A stretch of DNA of 64,000 nt from Nitrosopumilus sp. (GCA_965249555.1 OZ252243.1:416001-480000); one strand, 5' to 3'; positions 16,522 through 27,224 are shown, numbered from the stretch's first letter. The notes: generated by a model from the letters alone, not told the origin. Program-made: numbers and translations.

Positions 16522-18995
16522 TATTCAAGATCTATAATTTTGAGTGATTCAATTCCTCGGTCATCTATGATTTTGACAGCTGCTCTCTTGTTTGGTCCCA
16601 TCTCAAATGGGATTGATTCTGTTCCTTGATATTTTGTGATTAAATCTTCATCTATTTGTGCCTGAAGTGTTTTTGCAAGTTTATGCCATCCACCTGTACT
16701 TTCTTTCATTGGAAAGAATACTTGTTGTGGATATACACTTCTACCATCATAATCCTCATCTAGCATCCACATTGCAATCTTGGAACTATTGCCTGATTCT
16801 ACTTCACCTGTTCTTGTGTTATAATAATCAAAACCATTTATGGTAATGATATATTTTTTATCCTTGGTTTTTTGCAGTTCCACATCGGGTTGACCCATTA
16901 GCCAGAATGATTCATTACTTGAGCGTTTCTTTTTTAGATCTTTAGTTAGTAAATCCTTGTTCATCTCTACTTTGAGAATTGTTACATCAGGCCAGTTTAT
17001 TTCATCAATATCCTTTGCAGCTTCAGGATCAAACTGCATTGCAGCAAAGATTATGATCCTTGGTTTTGGGACTAGATTTTGGGCTTCTTCTATTGCTAAT
17101 GCTACTTGACGCTGTTCCAACGGTGCATATTCAGGCCCAAATGACACCATAACTCGTTTTGGTTTGTCTTCTTTAGTTTCTGCATCTGCGTGTAACCATT
17201 TTGTTGCAGGATGAGTTTCTACTCTACTGAATTCAATTTTCTGTCCTGCCTTGCCTTTAATACCTGTCTTTAATAGTTCATCGCGCCATTGTGCTTGATG
17301 AAACATTCTATCTTGTATGTTAATTTTTGATTCTTCGTACAAGTTGTCTAATGATTTGACAGTTGGAGCAGGCACTGCTTCTACGGTAAACGGTCCTGAA
17401 ATTCTAGTTTTATTTTTTTCAATTACTGGTTGATCATAAATTACTTCATTTTTAGGTGGTTCATTATTTGCAATAGAACTCAAAGTTATATGTGGTACTG
17501 TTTTATAATCAATACCAGAAGATATTCCTTCATGAGGATTGTTTAATTGATAATAATCAAACTGTGAAGTCATCAATCTTTGTTTTGTTAGTGCTACTGC
17601 TATTCTTGAAGTATCACATGTAATCCATCGTCTCCCCCATTGTTCTGCCACATACACAGTTGTTCCAGATCCACTAGTAGGATCTAGTATTATATCTCCA
17701 GGATCAGTTGTCATCAACATACATCGTTCTATCGCTTTCGAATTAGTTTGTACGGCATAAATTTTAGTTTGAAAACTAGCTCCTGTATCAGTCCACGTAT
17801 TAGTTAATTGTAAAAAAGGAAAATCATCAAGATAGCGTTTATAAGCTAAGGATTTGCCTTTTTTTATTATTCTTTCTGCTTTTGTAAGATTTTCTAATCC
17901 TTGCTTAGTTGTTTTCCATGGCTGTTCAAATAATTCATCCTTAAATTTGAATTTGAATTTAGGGTTTGATTCAGAGTTTAAGCTTGTATATGCAAATATT
18001 TTATCATTATCAATATTATTTGTTTTTGAATTTCTACAATTAATTATTTTTCCATTTTCTAATTCATGCCATTGATAAATTTCTCCACCAACATTTCCAG
18101 GTTTTTTTCTTAAATACAGATCATGAAATTTTATTGATGATTTGTGATTTGCATACCAAATGATGTAATCGGAATTACTAGTAAGTAATTTACTGCTTAA
18201 CCCAGTTGTTTTAGCAAAAGTAATTATTGAAACAAAATTTTTTGTTCCAAAAATCTCAGCTAGTATATCTTTAACATAATGTAAATTTTCTTGATTTATC
18301 TGTACAAAAATTGAACCTGTCACATGTAATAATTTTTTAGATAGTAATAGCCTATCACGTAGATATGTAAGATAAGAATGAATTCCAAGCTCCCATGTAT
18401 CTCGAAATGCTTTGATAGTTTCAGGCTCTTGTGTTAAATCTTCATCTTTTCTATCTTTTACCAATGTTTTATTTATAAAAGGTTGAAAGTTTGAACCATA
18501 TTTTATTCCATATGGAGGATCCATGTAGATCATCTGAATTTTGCCTGCCATTCCTTCTTTTTCTAATAATGAATTCATGACAAGCAAGGAATCTCCAGCA
18601 ATCAATCGATTTGACCAATTTTGATCATGCTTGTAAAATTCTATTGCATTTCGTAATGGAGGATTGTTCTCTGGTGTATCAAAATAATTAAACAAGGTTT
18701 CCTGAGTTGTTTGTTTTGGCTTCATTGCTTTTTCTAAAATAGTGATTGGGTCAATTCTTTCATGTACGTGCAAAGAAACAGTATCTACATCAAACTCGGA
18801 ATTTTCTTGCTTTCCACTCCATCGTAGTTGCGGATCTAATCTTGGATCAAAAGAATATTTTTTGCTTGGTTTGTCGGGATCAGTTCCTGGTGTAACTAGA
18901 CCTACAGGAGGGTTGTTCTTTCTTTTTTTCTCATCGTGTGTATATTGCTCTACTTTTTGAGATTCTGATTTAGAATATTTTTTGCTTTTTGTCAA
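16521..18995 (-). CDS. mod: Type III R-M adenine methyltransferase subunit
   Basis: YMDPPYG, then TRD, then LDPTSGSGTT (beta order); NRLIAGDSL; translationally coupled to res. Confidence 0.92.
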   Translation of the reverse strand: MTKSKKYSKSESQKVEQYTHDEKKRKNNPPVGLVTPGTDPDKPSKKYSFDPRLDPQLRWSGKQENSEFDVDTVSLHVHERIDPITILEKAMKPKQTTQETLFNYFDTPENNPPLRNAIEFYKHDQNWSNRLIAGDSLLVMNSLLEKEGMAGKIQMIYMDPPYGIKYGSNFQPFINKTLVKDRKDEDLTQEPETIKAFRDTWELGIHSYLTYLRDRLLLSKKLLHVTGSIFVQINQENLHYVKDILAEIFGTKNFVSIITFAKTTGLSSKLLTSNSDYIIWYANHKSSIKFHDLYLRKKPGNVGGEIYQWHELENGKIINCRNSKTNNIDNDKIFAYTSLNSESNPKFKFKFKDELFEQPWKTTKQGLENLTKAERIIKKGKSLAYKRYLDDFPFLQLTNTWTDTGASFQTKIYAVQTNSKAIERCMLMTTDPGDIILDPTSGSGTTVYVAEQWGRRWITCDTSRIAVALTKQRLMTSQFDYYQLNNPHEGISSGIDYKTVPHITLSSIANNEPPKNEVIYDQPVIEKNKTRISGPFTVEAVPAPTVKSLDNLYEESKINIQDRMFHQAQWRDELLKTGIKGKAGQKIEFSRVETHPATKWLHADAETKEDKPKRVMVSFGPEYAPLEQRQVALAIEEAQNLVPKPRIIIFAAMQFDPEAAKDIDEINWPDVTILKVEMNKDLLTKDLKKKRSSNESFWLMGQPDVELQKTKDKKYIITINGFDYYNTRTGEVESGNSSKIAMWMLDEDYDGRSVYPQQVFFPMKESTGGWHKLAKTLQAQIDEDLITKYQGTESIPFEMGPNKRAAVKIIDDRGIESLKIIDLE

Positions 18996-19019
18996 AAATA
19001 TAACCCATTTTTAGTATTT

Positions 19020-19047
19020 TAACACTACAATTAATAGTGTTACACTA
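19020..19047. promoter_or_regulatory. Operator-like inverted repeats between mod and the divergent wHTH gene
   Basis: TAACACTA-N7-TAGTGTTA (19020-19042) overlapping TAGTGT-T-ACACTA (19035-19047). Confidence 0.5.
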
Positions 19048-19094
19048 GAATTTGTATGCCTATAACTTTAGAGTAAATAATTTTTTATTTTATT

Positions 19095-19400
19095 ATGTCT
19101 AAAAGAAAATATGAGAATCTAGTTAGCATGTTGAGAATGTTAGCAAACCAAGGCACCTATGAAATTTTGTTGTATGTAAAAGATCATGAAGGATTACATT
19201 ATAATGATATTATGAAATATGCAACAAATAACCACATCGTCGGAAGCCGTTCATCCATTACTGTCATCCTAAATTTTCTTATAGATCATCACTTGCTTGA
19301 TAAATATATTGAGACTAGACCTATTCGAACTTGTTATAGAATAAATGAAAAAGGATGTAAAATGATCAAATATCTAAATGATATTAAAAAAATCATTTAA
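19095..19400 (+). CDS. Winged-helix transcriptional regulator (HxlR/ArsR-like)
   Basis: EILLYV...LHYNDI...SITVILNFL...YRINEKG wHTH pattern. Confidence 0.75.
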   Translation: MSKRKYENLVSMLRMLANQGTYEILLYVKDHEGLHYNDIMKYATNNHIVGSRSSITVILNFLIDHHLLDKYIETRPIRTCYRINEKGCKMIKYLNDIKKII

Positions 19401-19700
19401 TCTGTTTGAATCTTTTTGTAGATAATTTGTCATTACAGAATCTGTAACATATACAAAAAAACATTCGGTTTTATTGTATTTCTCTTTACATTTTACTAAT
19501 CGTACCAAGTCTACAAATAATTTGCCTGCATGTATTGGGCTTGGTTGATTTTTCCCACTGGGAATCTTTCTATTAAATTTGAATTCAAAAAATATTTTTT
19601 CCTTGTCTTTAGATATAATAGTCATGTCAATTTCAGCATTATTAATTGTAGGATATGGTTCTTCTAAAATAATTTCTTCGGGTTCTAGTTTTAATTTTAA
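19374..19700 (-). pseudogene. Truncated PD-(D/E)xK nuclease
   Basis: Frame extends upstream of 19625 without a start codon: IILEEPYP...AEIDMTI...IFFEFKF...AGKLFVDLVRL; 3' end overlaps the wHTH gene. Confidence 0.55.
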
Positions 19701-19725
19701 AATTATAATTTTTTTGAAAGGACTA

Positions 19726-20193
19726 TTATTTTGATTTTTTCTTTGGAGCTTCTTTAGCTGGTTTTTCTTTCTTTGGAGCTTCTTTCTTTGGAGCTTCTTT
19801 CTTTGGAGCTTCTTTCTTTGTTTCTGCAGTTGGTTCTTCTACTTTGTCCTCAACTTTCTTAGTTTCTGCAGTTGGTTCTTCCACTTTGTCCTCAACTTTC
19901 TTAGTTTCTTTTTCAGGAGTTACTTTAGATTCTTCTTCAACATATTGAGAAACAAGGATATATCCATCTTCAGTTTTAGTCATTCTAACTCTAACTTTTC
20001 TTGGAGGACTTCGAACACCCCTTGCCCAAATTTGATGAGCCAGTTCTTCTTCAATTTTGATTGTCTCAACTTTCATGTGATGACGAGCAAATTCTCTAAT
20101 CATGTTAATTGCTCTAACAGCTCTATGTTGTGATTGTGAAAGTAAAACTTTACCTAGATTAATTGTATAGACTCTTTCTAATTCTTGAGACAT
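19726..20193 (-). CDS. rpl31e: 50S ribosomal protein L31e with Lys/Glu-rich repetitive tail
   Basis: ERVYTINL, RAVRAI and IWARG..SPPRKVRV motifs. Confidence 0.95.
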   Translation of the reverse strand: MSQELERVYTINLGKVLLSQSQHRAVRAINMIREFARHHMKVETIKIEEELAHQIWARGVRSPPRKVRVRMTKTEDGYILVSQYVEEESKVTPEKETKKVEDKVEEPTAETKKVEDKVEEPTAETKKEAPKKEAPKKEAPKKEKPAKEAPKKKSK

Positions 20194-20352
20194 CTATCCT
20201 ACCTCCACATCAGTTGATCTCCAAGCTCTACGCTTTGGATTTGTTCTAACAGCTCGCTTTGTTTTGAGAATTATCCAAGCTGGAACTGGCACTGCCTGTC
20301 TTGTCTTTTTTAACAGACGAATTTTTCTTGGAGAGGACTTGCGTGCAGCCAT
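20194..20352 (-). CDS. rpl39e: 50S ribosomal protein L39e
   Basis: Manual translation MAARKSSPRKIRLLKKTRQAVPVPAWIILKTKRAVRTNPKRRAWRSTDVEVG*; abuts rpl31e; below the ORF-track cutoff. Confidence 0.95.
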   Translation of the reverse strand: MAARKSSPRKIRLLKKTRQAVPVPAWIILKTKRAVRTNPKRRAWRSTDVEVG

Positions 20353-20389
20353 AGAATTTCAGGCACGGAGAGCTCTTTTTAAATGAATC

Positions 20390-20938
20390 TCAGGATTTTA
20401 GAAGATTTCGTATTTGTTTTAGAATTCTTGCTGAAGCACCCCACACTATTTGGTTTTGATACTCAAAAGTATACATTGCTTGGATTAGATTATGAGATGG
20501 ATCTGGATCATTTGCCATTGTTTTTAAAAATGGTTCTAGTGGAATATGAAAAATTTTTTCAACTTCAGAGTTTGCAGCAAGTGTCGGAATTTCATCAATA
20601 ATTGAGATAAAGGGTAAAATCAAAAAACCAGAATTCAAAGTAACCACAGGTTCTAGTTGGCCAATTACTTGGTCCTTAGAAATCACAAGCCCAATCTCTT
20701 CACTAGTTTCACGTAATGCCGTTTGTAAAAGATCTGAATCATCAACATCCAATTTTCCACCAGGAAACGAAATTTCACCTGCATGAAATTTCATATGTTT
20801 AGGTTTTTCAGTCATTACAACAATTGGTTCTTTACCATAAATTACTACAAGTACTGATGCCAATCTGAATTCTCCATCAGTTTTTATCATAGGATTTATG
20901 GGACTTGAAAATATTGATTTTAATTCATCTAAGAACAT
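20390..20938 (-). CDS. Nudix hydrolase, CoA pyrophosphatase type
   Basis: HAGEISFPGG...ALRETSEEIG Nudix box; IVWGASA. Confidence 0.9.
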   Translation of the reverse strand: MFLDELKSIFSSPINPMIKTDGEFRLASVLVVIYGKEPIVVMTEKPKHMKFHAGEISFPGGKLDVDDSDLLQTALRETSEEIGLVISKDQVIGQLEPVVTLNSGFLILPFISIIDEIPTLAANSEVEKIFHIPLEPFLKTMANDPDPSHNLIQAMYTFEYQNQIVWGASARILKQIRNLLKS

Positions 20939-21012
20939 CTTGTTTTTTTCCTACTATTACACATGGGTTTTGGTATTCAAAGGTTTTAACCAAGGATAGA
21001 AAAAATGACAAT

Positions 21013-21750
21013 ATGACAATCAGATATGAAGCTAATCCGCCAAAGGTTTTGCCTAATGTAGATACAAATGAATCAATTCTAAAATTTATTAAAAAAATAA
21101 AAAATATTTCAAAAAAATGTGACGCAATACATCTTACTGAAAATGTTTTAGGATATCAAAGAGTATCACCTATAGAAGTTGGAAGAATTATTAAAAAAGA
21201 AATTCCACAGATACCAATTACAGTTAGTCTAAGAGTTAGAGACAAGAGTGAGAAAGAGATTTCTGAGTTTGTAGAGAATTGTATCACCATAGGCTTTTCA
21301 GGAATTTTGGTACTCATGGGTGATCCATCACAGACTGGAAAACCAGATTCGGGTCAGATTCCAAGTGCAACTGTAAAGAGACTAAAAGAGCAAGGTATGG
21401 ATTCAAAAATTGATTTGTATCTCTCAATTTCAAATGAACCTAATTTTTCTAAAATTACAAAAAAATTAGAAGCAAATCCCAAAGGATTCATGACACAAGT
21501 AGTTCAAAATATACAACAAGTTCAAAATCTCTTTGACAATCTAAAAGGATTTTCAGTAATTCCAATTATATTATTCCCTTCTGAAAAAAATGAAAAATCT
21601 GCCAAATTTTTAAATTTAGACTTGGCATCATACAGTCAAGTATTTGAAGAATTTGTAAAAAATGCACATAAAATTACAGGTGATGTGTTGATTACATCAC
21701 CCAGTGATTTTAATGGCTTGAATGAATTTTTAGAAAAATCATTTAGTTAA
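21013..21750 (+). CDS. Methylenetetrahydrofolate reductase-like protein
   Basis: YEANPPK, LVLMGDP and FMTQ motifs; adjacent to methionine synthase. Start taken at ATG 21013. Confidence 0.65.
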   Translation: MTIRYEANPPKVLPNVDTNESILKFIKKIKNISKKCDAIHLTENVLGYQRVSPIEVGRIIKKEIPQIPITVSLRVRDKSEKEISEFVENCITIGFSGILVLMGDPSQTGKPDSGQIPSATVKRLKEQGMDSKIDLYLSISNEPNFSKITKKLEANPKGFMTQVVQNIQQVQNLFDNLKGFSVIPIILFPSEKNEKSAKFLNLDLASYSQVFEEFVKNAHKITGDVLITSPSDFNGLNEFLEKSFS

Positions 21751-24251
21751 AGTACAAAGTATTTTGCTTTTGGATGATGAATAACAATTGCTGCAGTTGA
21801 CTGTTCAGGAATAATCTGACCGGATTCAGTTAATGCCATTCCAGATTTTTCTGGTTGTAATAGTTTCCAAACTAAATGATGTTGCAATACGTCTGGACAG
21901 CTAGGAAATCCCCAGCTGTACCTGAGTCCACCTTGTTCAAGGTTCAGTTCAGATTTTATTTTTTGATTAATCCATTCTGCCAAGGCTTCTGCCACTTCAA
22001 CTGCCAACCCATGCAGATAGTAAGCATCAGTATACTTGTCTTCTTTATTCCATTGTTCTATTTTTTCTACTGCTTTGTTGCCTACAGTTACTGATTGAAA
22101 TGCGACAATATCGTCTTCACCAAAATAATCAGTCAGACAAAGGTGCTCTAGTTTTGTAGAACGTGGAAAATCAAATTCTACATCATCACCCATAGGATTT
22201 TCAACGACTAATTTTTCATCTTTATTGTGACATCTAAAGTATCCATAAACAATCTCAGGCTCAAAGAGTTTTTCTCTTATAATTCGAATCTTCCATTGGT
22301 TTAACAAATCTTCATGTTCTGCCTCTAATTCAGATCCTGCCTTTCCTCTAAGACCCCAAGACATCTTGAACAGAGATTTTTTGTCAATCATCTGCCAAAC
22401 TTCATCCATCTTAATTTGATCTGCCTTTAGACGAATTGGTTCTCCAATGCTTTTAGGAGTTGGAGCATTTACAGGTTTAATGTCACTCTTTGGAAGGTCA
22501 GTAGAATCTACTAAAGCCGTAGATTTTTCTTTCCAGTTTTCAATCTTGTCTTTCCATGTAGCTAAAAGTTTTGGCTTTTCATCTGAAACTAAGATATCCA
22601 TTGTTTTGAGTCCTTCAAACATTGTATTGCAGTAAAATACACCAGGTTCGTAAATTCCATCAAGTTTTGCAATTCTATTAATGTAGTTAGTGTTAATTGC
22701 AGCACCACCACAGAGAATTGGGAGTGTCATTTTATTTTTTCTTGCATGTTCTACAAAAAACTGCATCTGCTTTGATGTCGAAACCAACAATGCAGACAAA
22801 CCTATAGCATCAGGACTAACTTCATCAATTTTATCTAAGAATTTTTGTAATGGAACTTGTTTACCCAAATCATATACAGTATAACCATTATTTTGAAAGA
22901 TTGTCTTTACCAGATTCTTTCCAATATCATGCACATCACCATAAACTGTTCCTAAAACAAGTTTACCTTTACTTGCTCCTTCTTTTTTCAACAAATACTT
23001 TTCAAGTTCATCAACTGCTGCTTTCATACACTCAGCTGATTTGAGAACAAATGGCAAGATTAGTTCTCCTGCACCAAATTTGTCGCCAACCTCTTTCATT
23101 GCAGGAAGCAAATCTTCATTGAGTGTTCGAATTGCACCATCATGGGTAATTTCTTGAGGAGCATCCAGAGACAAAATTCCATCATTTTCTTTGATTAGTT
23201 CATTTTTACCTAGCTTTTCTGCAATTGCAGATACAACATCATTTTGAATTCCATTTTTGAGTCTATTTAAAATTCTAAAATAAGCACGCTTTCCAGGAGG
23301 CCAAGAAGGATCCACATCAACTTTTTGGACAGAAGCACCACTTTTGGAATCTGCTTTTTCAAAATAAGAGATTAATTCAGACAATGCATTTGGATGAGTG
23401 TTAAAAATTAAATCTTCAGTGAGTTTTCGTTCTTTCTCATCAATCTCCCCATAAGGAACAATCTCTTTAGCATTTACAATAACTGTATCAAGTCCAGACT
23501 TTAGTGCATGATATAGAAATACTGAATTAATAATTTTTCTTGGATATGGAGCAAGACCAAAACTAATGTTACTAAGACCCAAAGTAGTAAATGAATTTGG
23601 AAATTTTTCTTTAACAAGACGAATTCCTTCTAGAGTATTTTTTCCTGCATCAAGAAATTCATCTTCGCCGGTAGATAAAGTGAATGTAAGTACATCAAAA
23701 ATAAACTGTTCAATTTTTAATCCATATTTTTTTCCAGTTTCATAAAGAAGTTCAGCAGTATCTACCTTTTGTTGTGGAGTTTTGGCCATACCATTTGGTC
23801 CAATGCATAATGCGATAGAAGGCAATCCATACTTTGCCATTAATGGAGCTAATTTTTCAAATCTACTACCATCTCCTTCAAGATTAATTGAATTAATTAT
23901 TGGCCTTCCAGGAATTTGCTTTATTGATGCTTCAATTACTTCAGGATCAGTTGAATCAAGTACAAGAGGTGCATCAATTTCTAAGCTCAATCGTTTTACA
24001 AGATTTAACATAAACTCTCGCTCATCAGAACGTTCAGTAGTTGCAACACAGACATCAAGGCAATGAGCGCCATCTTCAACCTGAACTCTTGCCAAGTCAA
24101 CTAGACCATCATAATCATCAGCAAGAACTAGCTTCTTTGCTTTACGAGAACCCTGTGTGTTAATTCTTTCTCCAATGATTAGAGGAGTTGGAATTTGTTT
24201 TAGATCAACTGCTTTTAGTGCAGAACTCACTCTAGGAATAGTCAATATCAT
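21747..24251 (-). CDS. metH: Cobalamin-dependent methionine synthase: pterin-binding, B12-binding and activation domains
   Basis: IIGERIN, GDVHDIGKNLV, GLSALL and RYSWGFPSCPD. Confidence 0.93.
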   Translation of the reverse strand: MILTIPRVSSALKAVDLKQIPTPLIIGERINTQGSRKAKKLVLADDYDGLVDLARVQVEDGAHCLDVCVATTERSDEREFMLNLVKRLSLEIDAPLVLDSTDPEVIEASIKQIPGRPIINSINLEGDGSRFEKLAPLMAKYGLPSIALCIGPNGMAKTPQQKVDTAELLYETGKKYGLKIEQFIFDVLTFTLSTGEDEFLDAGKNTLEGIRLVKEKFPNSFTTLGLSNISFGLAPYPRKIINSVFLYHALKSGLDTVIVNAKEIVPYGEIDEKERKLTEDLIFNTHPNALSELISYFEKADSKSGASVQKVDVDPSWPPGKRAYFRILNRLKNGIQNDVVSAIAEKLGKNELIKENDGILSLDAPQEITHDGAIRTLNEDLLPAMKEVGDKFGAGELILPFVLKSAECMKAAVDELEKYLLKKEGASKGKLVLGTVYGDVHDIGKNLVKTIFQNNGYTVYDLGKQVPLQKFLDKIDEVSPDAIGLSALLVSTSKQMQFFVEHARKNKMTLPILCGGAAINTNYINRIAKLDGIYEPGVFYCNTMFEGLKTMDILVSDEKPKLLATWKDKIENWKEKSTALVDSTDLPKSDIKPVNAPTPKSIGEPIRLKADQIKMDEVWQMIDKKSLFKMSWGLRGKAGSELEAEHEDLLNQWKIRIIREKLFEPEIVYGYFRCHNKDEKLVVENPMGDDVEFDFPRSTKLEHLCLTDYFGEDDIVAFQSVTVGNKAVEKIEQWNKEDKYTDAYYLHGLAVEVAEALAEWINQKIKSELNLEQGGLRYSWGFPSCPDVLQHHLVWKLLQPEKSGMALTESGQIIPEQSTAAIVIHHPKAKYFVL

Positions 24252-24277
24252 AAAATCATCTCAGTTTTTCTAAATAC

Positions 24278-25264
24278 TTAACCCTTGAGAGAATTGGCTT
24301 TTTCGTCAATTACTTTTCTTAGTGCCTTGATGTGTTCAGGATTCGTTCCACAGCAACCTCCAATGATTCGTACCTTTTTGTATTGATCAAGAAAATCACC
24401 TAGTGCATCACCCATCTTTTCTGGAGTCATCTTGTAAACTGCTTTTCCTCCTTGATTTTCAGGCATTCCAGCATTTGGAACCACCAAGAGATTATGTTCA
24501 TTTTGCTCATCAAGCCACCTTATACTTGGATTCATCTCAATTGGTCCAGTTGAGCAATTCAATCCAAACACATCAATTCCCATATCAGAAACAGTGGTAT
24601 ATGCAGCTTGGATATTTGTTCCAAGTAACATCTTTCCATATTGATCCAAAGTAGTATTAGAAATGATTGGAACTTTCTTTCCAGTCTTTTCTATGGCATT
24701 GTGACATGCCTCAATGACTAATTTCACTTCCAAGATATCCTGACTTGTTTCAATGAGTAAAGCATCAACACCTCCAAGAATCAGTCCTTCTGCTTGCAGC
24801 TCAAATGCTTCTTGGATTTCATCAAGGGATTTTTGTCCCAAGTCAGGATCAGTTGAACTAGGAAGAAAACCCGTTGGGCCCATAGAGCCAATTACATATC
24901 TTGGTGGTTCAGGATATTCTTCACAAACTTCAGATGCTAGTTGTGCAATTTTTTTATTAAAATCAACTGTTTGATCACCAAAACCATATTCATCTAGTTT
25001 AATTTTATTCGAACCAAAAGAATTTGTTTCAATACAATCAGCTCCGGCATCCAAATAATTTTTGTGAATTTCTTTAATCCATTCTGGATGCGTTACCACT
25101 AACCCATCATTAAAACCATCTTGATTGTTTGGAAAGTCTTCTGGTTTTGGATCATACTTTTGAATCTCAGTTCCCATTGCACCATCAAAAAGTAAAATTC
25201 TATTTTGTAATGCATCTAAAAATGATTCTTTTTCTGTCAACTTAATTTCAAAATGTTTTAGCAC
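24278..25264 (-). CDS. metH: Methionine synthase homocysteine-binding domain (split MetH)
   Basis: DGAMGT, GLNCSTGP, PNAGMP and IGGCCGT. Confidence 0.93.
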   Translation of the reverse strand: MLKHFEIKLTEKESFLDALQNRILLFDGAMGTEIQKYDPKPEDFPNNQDGFNDGLVVTHPEWIKEIHKNYLDAGADCIETNSFGSNKIKLDEYGFGDQTVDFNKKIAQLASEVCEEYPEPPRYVIGSMGPTGFLPSSTDPDLGQKSLDEIQEAFELQAEGLILGGVDALLIETSQDILEVKLVIEACHNAIEKTGKKVPIISNTTLDQYGKMLLGTNIQAAYTTVSDMGIDVFGLNCSTGPIEMNPSIRWLDEQNEHNLLVVPNAGMPENQGGKAVYKMTPEKMGDALGDFLDQYKKVRIIGGCCGTNPEHIKALRKVIDEKANSLKG

Positions 25265-25305
25265 AGTTTAACTCTTTTCAGAAAAATCCACAAACATTGA
25301 GGTGA

Positions 25306-26454
25306 TTGATACGTATGTTGAAATTAGGTAAAAGAGGAATCACATGTACATTTATGCAAAATTTTCAAGTAAACAATCGAATTCGTAGTGCAACCTTTTT
25401 TCAGCATGCTGGAATATCCATTGTCTTTGTATTCATGCCCATTATTGCAAAAGGTGTTACAGATTCCATATTTGAGATTGGACTTGTTGTAGCCTCATTT
25501 AGCTTTGCTCAGATTTTATCTGAAATCTATTTTGGCAGACATTCAGACAAGAAGGGAACTAGGCTCAAATTCATCAGAATTGGCTTCATTGGGTGTGCTG
25601 CAGCCTTTGGATTGCATTATTTTGCAGATGACATTACTCTGTTATTTCTGGCAAGAATAGGAGCAGGAATTGCAAGTGGGATTATGATTCCTGCAATGAT
25701 TGCTTATGCATATGAGATTAATGTTGAGAAAAAGAGAGCAGCAACAATAATTTCATTTCACGCATTAGGATGGCTTGCAGGAATTGCAGCCGCAGGATTT
25801 GCAAATGATCTAAAATTAATTTTCTTAATTAGTGCAGCTTCATTTGTAGTTGCTTTAATGTTTACAATCAAGTTACCAAACATATCACAGGAAAAAGAGC
25901 TAGAACCAGGAACCACAAGAAAAATTATTGCAAAAAACAAGTTTCTGTTCTTGTCATTGTTACTAAGACACATTGGTGCAGCAGCTGTATGGACTATTCT
26001 TCCGTTAATGTTAATAGAAAAATTGGGTGCAGAACTTTATCAAATATCAATTATCTATGTTGCAAATACATTGACAGCATTTGTTTTGATGAACTTGATG
26101 GCGAGTAGAATTAACATCTCAAATGTAACTAAATTTAAAATCGGAATTGGTTGTACCGTATTTGTATTTGTAGGACTAGCAGTAATTACAGATTGGTGGA
26201 TGGCAATGCCGTTTATGGCATTGGTTGGCGCAACTTGGGCATTTTTGTTCATTGGAGGAAACTTTCACTTAATGGAGAACAACCCGCGTTCTACATCAAC
26301 TGGAATCTTTAGCTCCACACTATCAATTGCAACAGTGATTGGTCCTGTAATTGCAGGAAGTATCGCATTTGCATTTGATTATATTACAGTCATGTATTTT
26401 GCAATTGCAATTATTGTGGTTGCTTTTGTAGTATCACTAAAAATCAGAATCTAA
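25306..26454 (+). CDS. MFS transporter
   Basis: About 12 hydrophobic segments; FGRHSDKKG loop motif. Confidence 0.88.
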   Translation: MIRMLKLGKRGITCTFMQNFQVNNRIRSATFFQHAGISIVFVFMPIIAKGVTDSIFEIGLVVASFSFAQILSEIYFGRHSDKKGTRLKFIRIGFIGCAAAFGLHYFADDITLLFLARIGAGIASGIMIPAMIAYAYEINVEKKRAATIISFHALGWLAGIAAAGFANDLKLIFLISAASFVVALMFTIKLPNISQEKELEPGTTRKIIAKNKFLFLSLLLRHIGAAAVWTILPLMLIEKLGAELYQISIIYVANTLTAFVLMNLMASRINISNVTKFKIGIGCTVFVFVGLAVITDWWMAMPFMALVGATWAFLFIGGNFHLMENNPRSTSTGIFSSTLSIATVIGPVIAGSIAFAFDYITVMYFAIAIIVVAFVVSLKIRI

Positions 26455-26456
26455 AG

Positions 26457-27224
26457 TTATTGTAATCCCCATCTGGACATTACTTTGTTTTCTAGTTTTT
26501 TGAATACAATACTATCAATTAGAAGGCCAATTATCATTATCACAATCATTATTGAAATGACTTGAGAGACATCATTTAGGGAACGCCCTGCATTAAGTAG
26601 GAATCCTAGTCCTAGGTAAGAAAATAACAGTTCAGCGCCAATCGCGCCCCTCCATGCAAATGCCCAACCCTGTTTAAAGCCGGAAATCATGTATGGAAAT
26701 GCTGCAGGAATCAATACAGCTGTGATTAGCTGACTTCCCTTTGCACCCATATTTCTTGCAGCCTCGATATAGTGAGGATCAATATTTTTGACTCCAGTGT
26801 AGGTGTTTATCGTAATTGCAAAGATTGCTCCAATTGCAGTAACAAAAATAATTCCACCATCTGTTAGTCCAAACCAAAGAATTGCAAGTGGAACCCATGC
26901 AATTGAAGGAATTGATTGCAGTCCCAAAACTAAAGAGCCAACAGTTTGGTTGATTACCTCAACTCTAGCCATAAAAATTCCCAAGACAACCCCTCCACTA
27001 ATTGCAATTGCCAATCCAATTGCTAATCTCCACATACTTGCTGCAATTCCATAAAACAAGCTACCATCTGCTGCACCATATGCCAAGTCTTCAGCTACTT
27101 CATATGGGGTTGGAAAAATATTATCAGGCCAGACTCCAGCCATTGAAATAATTTGCCAAATTACAATAATCCCAACGTAAAATACAATTCTGTGAGGTGT
27201 AAAATTTTTCCCCATCATAATCAC
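26457..27224 (-). CDS. ABC transporter permease (SsuC/TauC/NitT family)
   Basis: IPSIAWVPLAILWFG and EAARNMGA loop. Confidence 0.9.
   Translation of the reverse strand: MIMMGKNFTPHRIVFYVGIIVIWQIISMAGVWPDNIFPTPYEVAEDLAYGAADGSLFYGIAASMWRLAIGLAIAISGGVVLGIFMARVEVINQTVGSLVLGLQSIPSIAWVPLAILWFGLTDGGIIFVTAIGAIFAITINTYTGVKNIDPHYIEAARNMGAKGSQLITAVLIPAAFPYMISGFKQGWAFAWRGAIGAELLFSYLGLGFLLNAGRSLNDVSQVISIMIVIMIIGLLIDSIVFKKLENKVMSRWGLQ

Noticed and set aside
19704-19711. TATAATTT matching the IS right flank as an island target duplication
   Set aside because: All-AT 8-mer expected by chance, and the geometry does not fit an IS duplication.
19735-19910. Tandem repeats at the end of the R-M island
   Set aside because: Coding KKEAP and ETKKVEDKVEEPTA repeats of the L31e tail, not element ends.
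21013-25264. Split MetH and MetF-like gene as a novelty
   Set aside because: Split methionine synthase is an established arrangement; both parts look intact.
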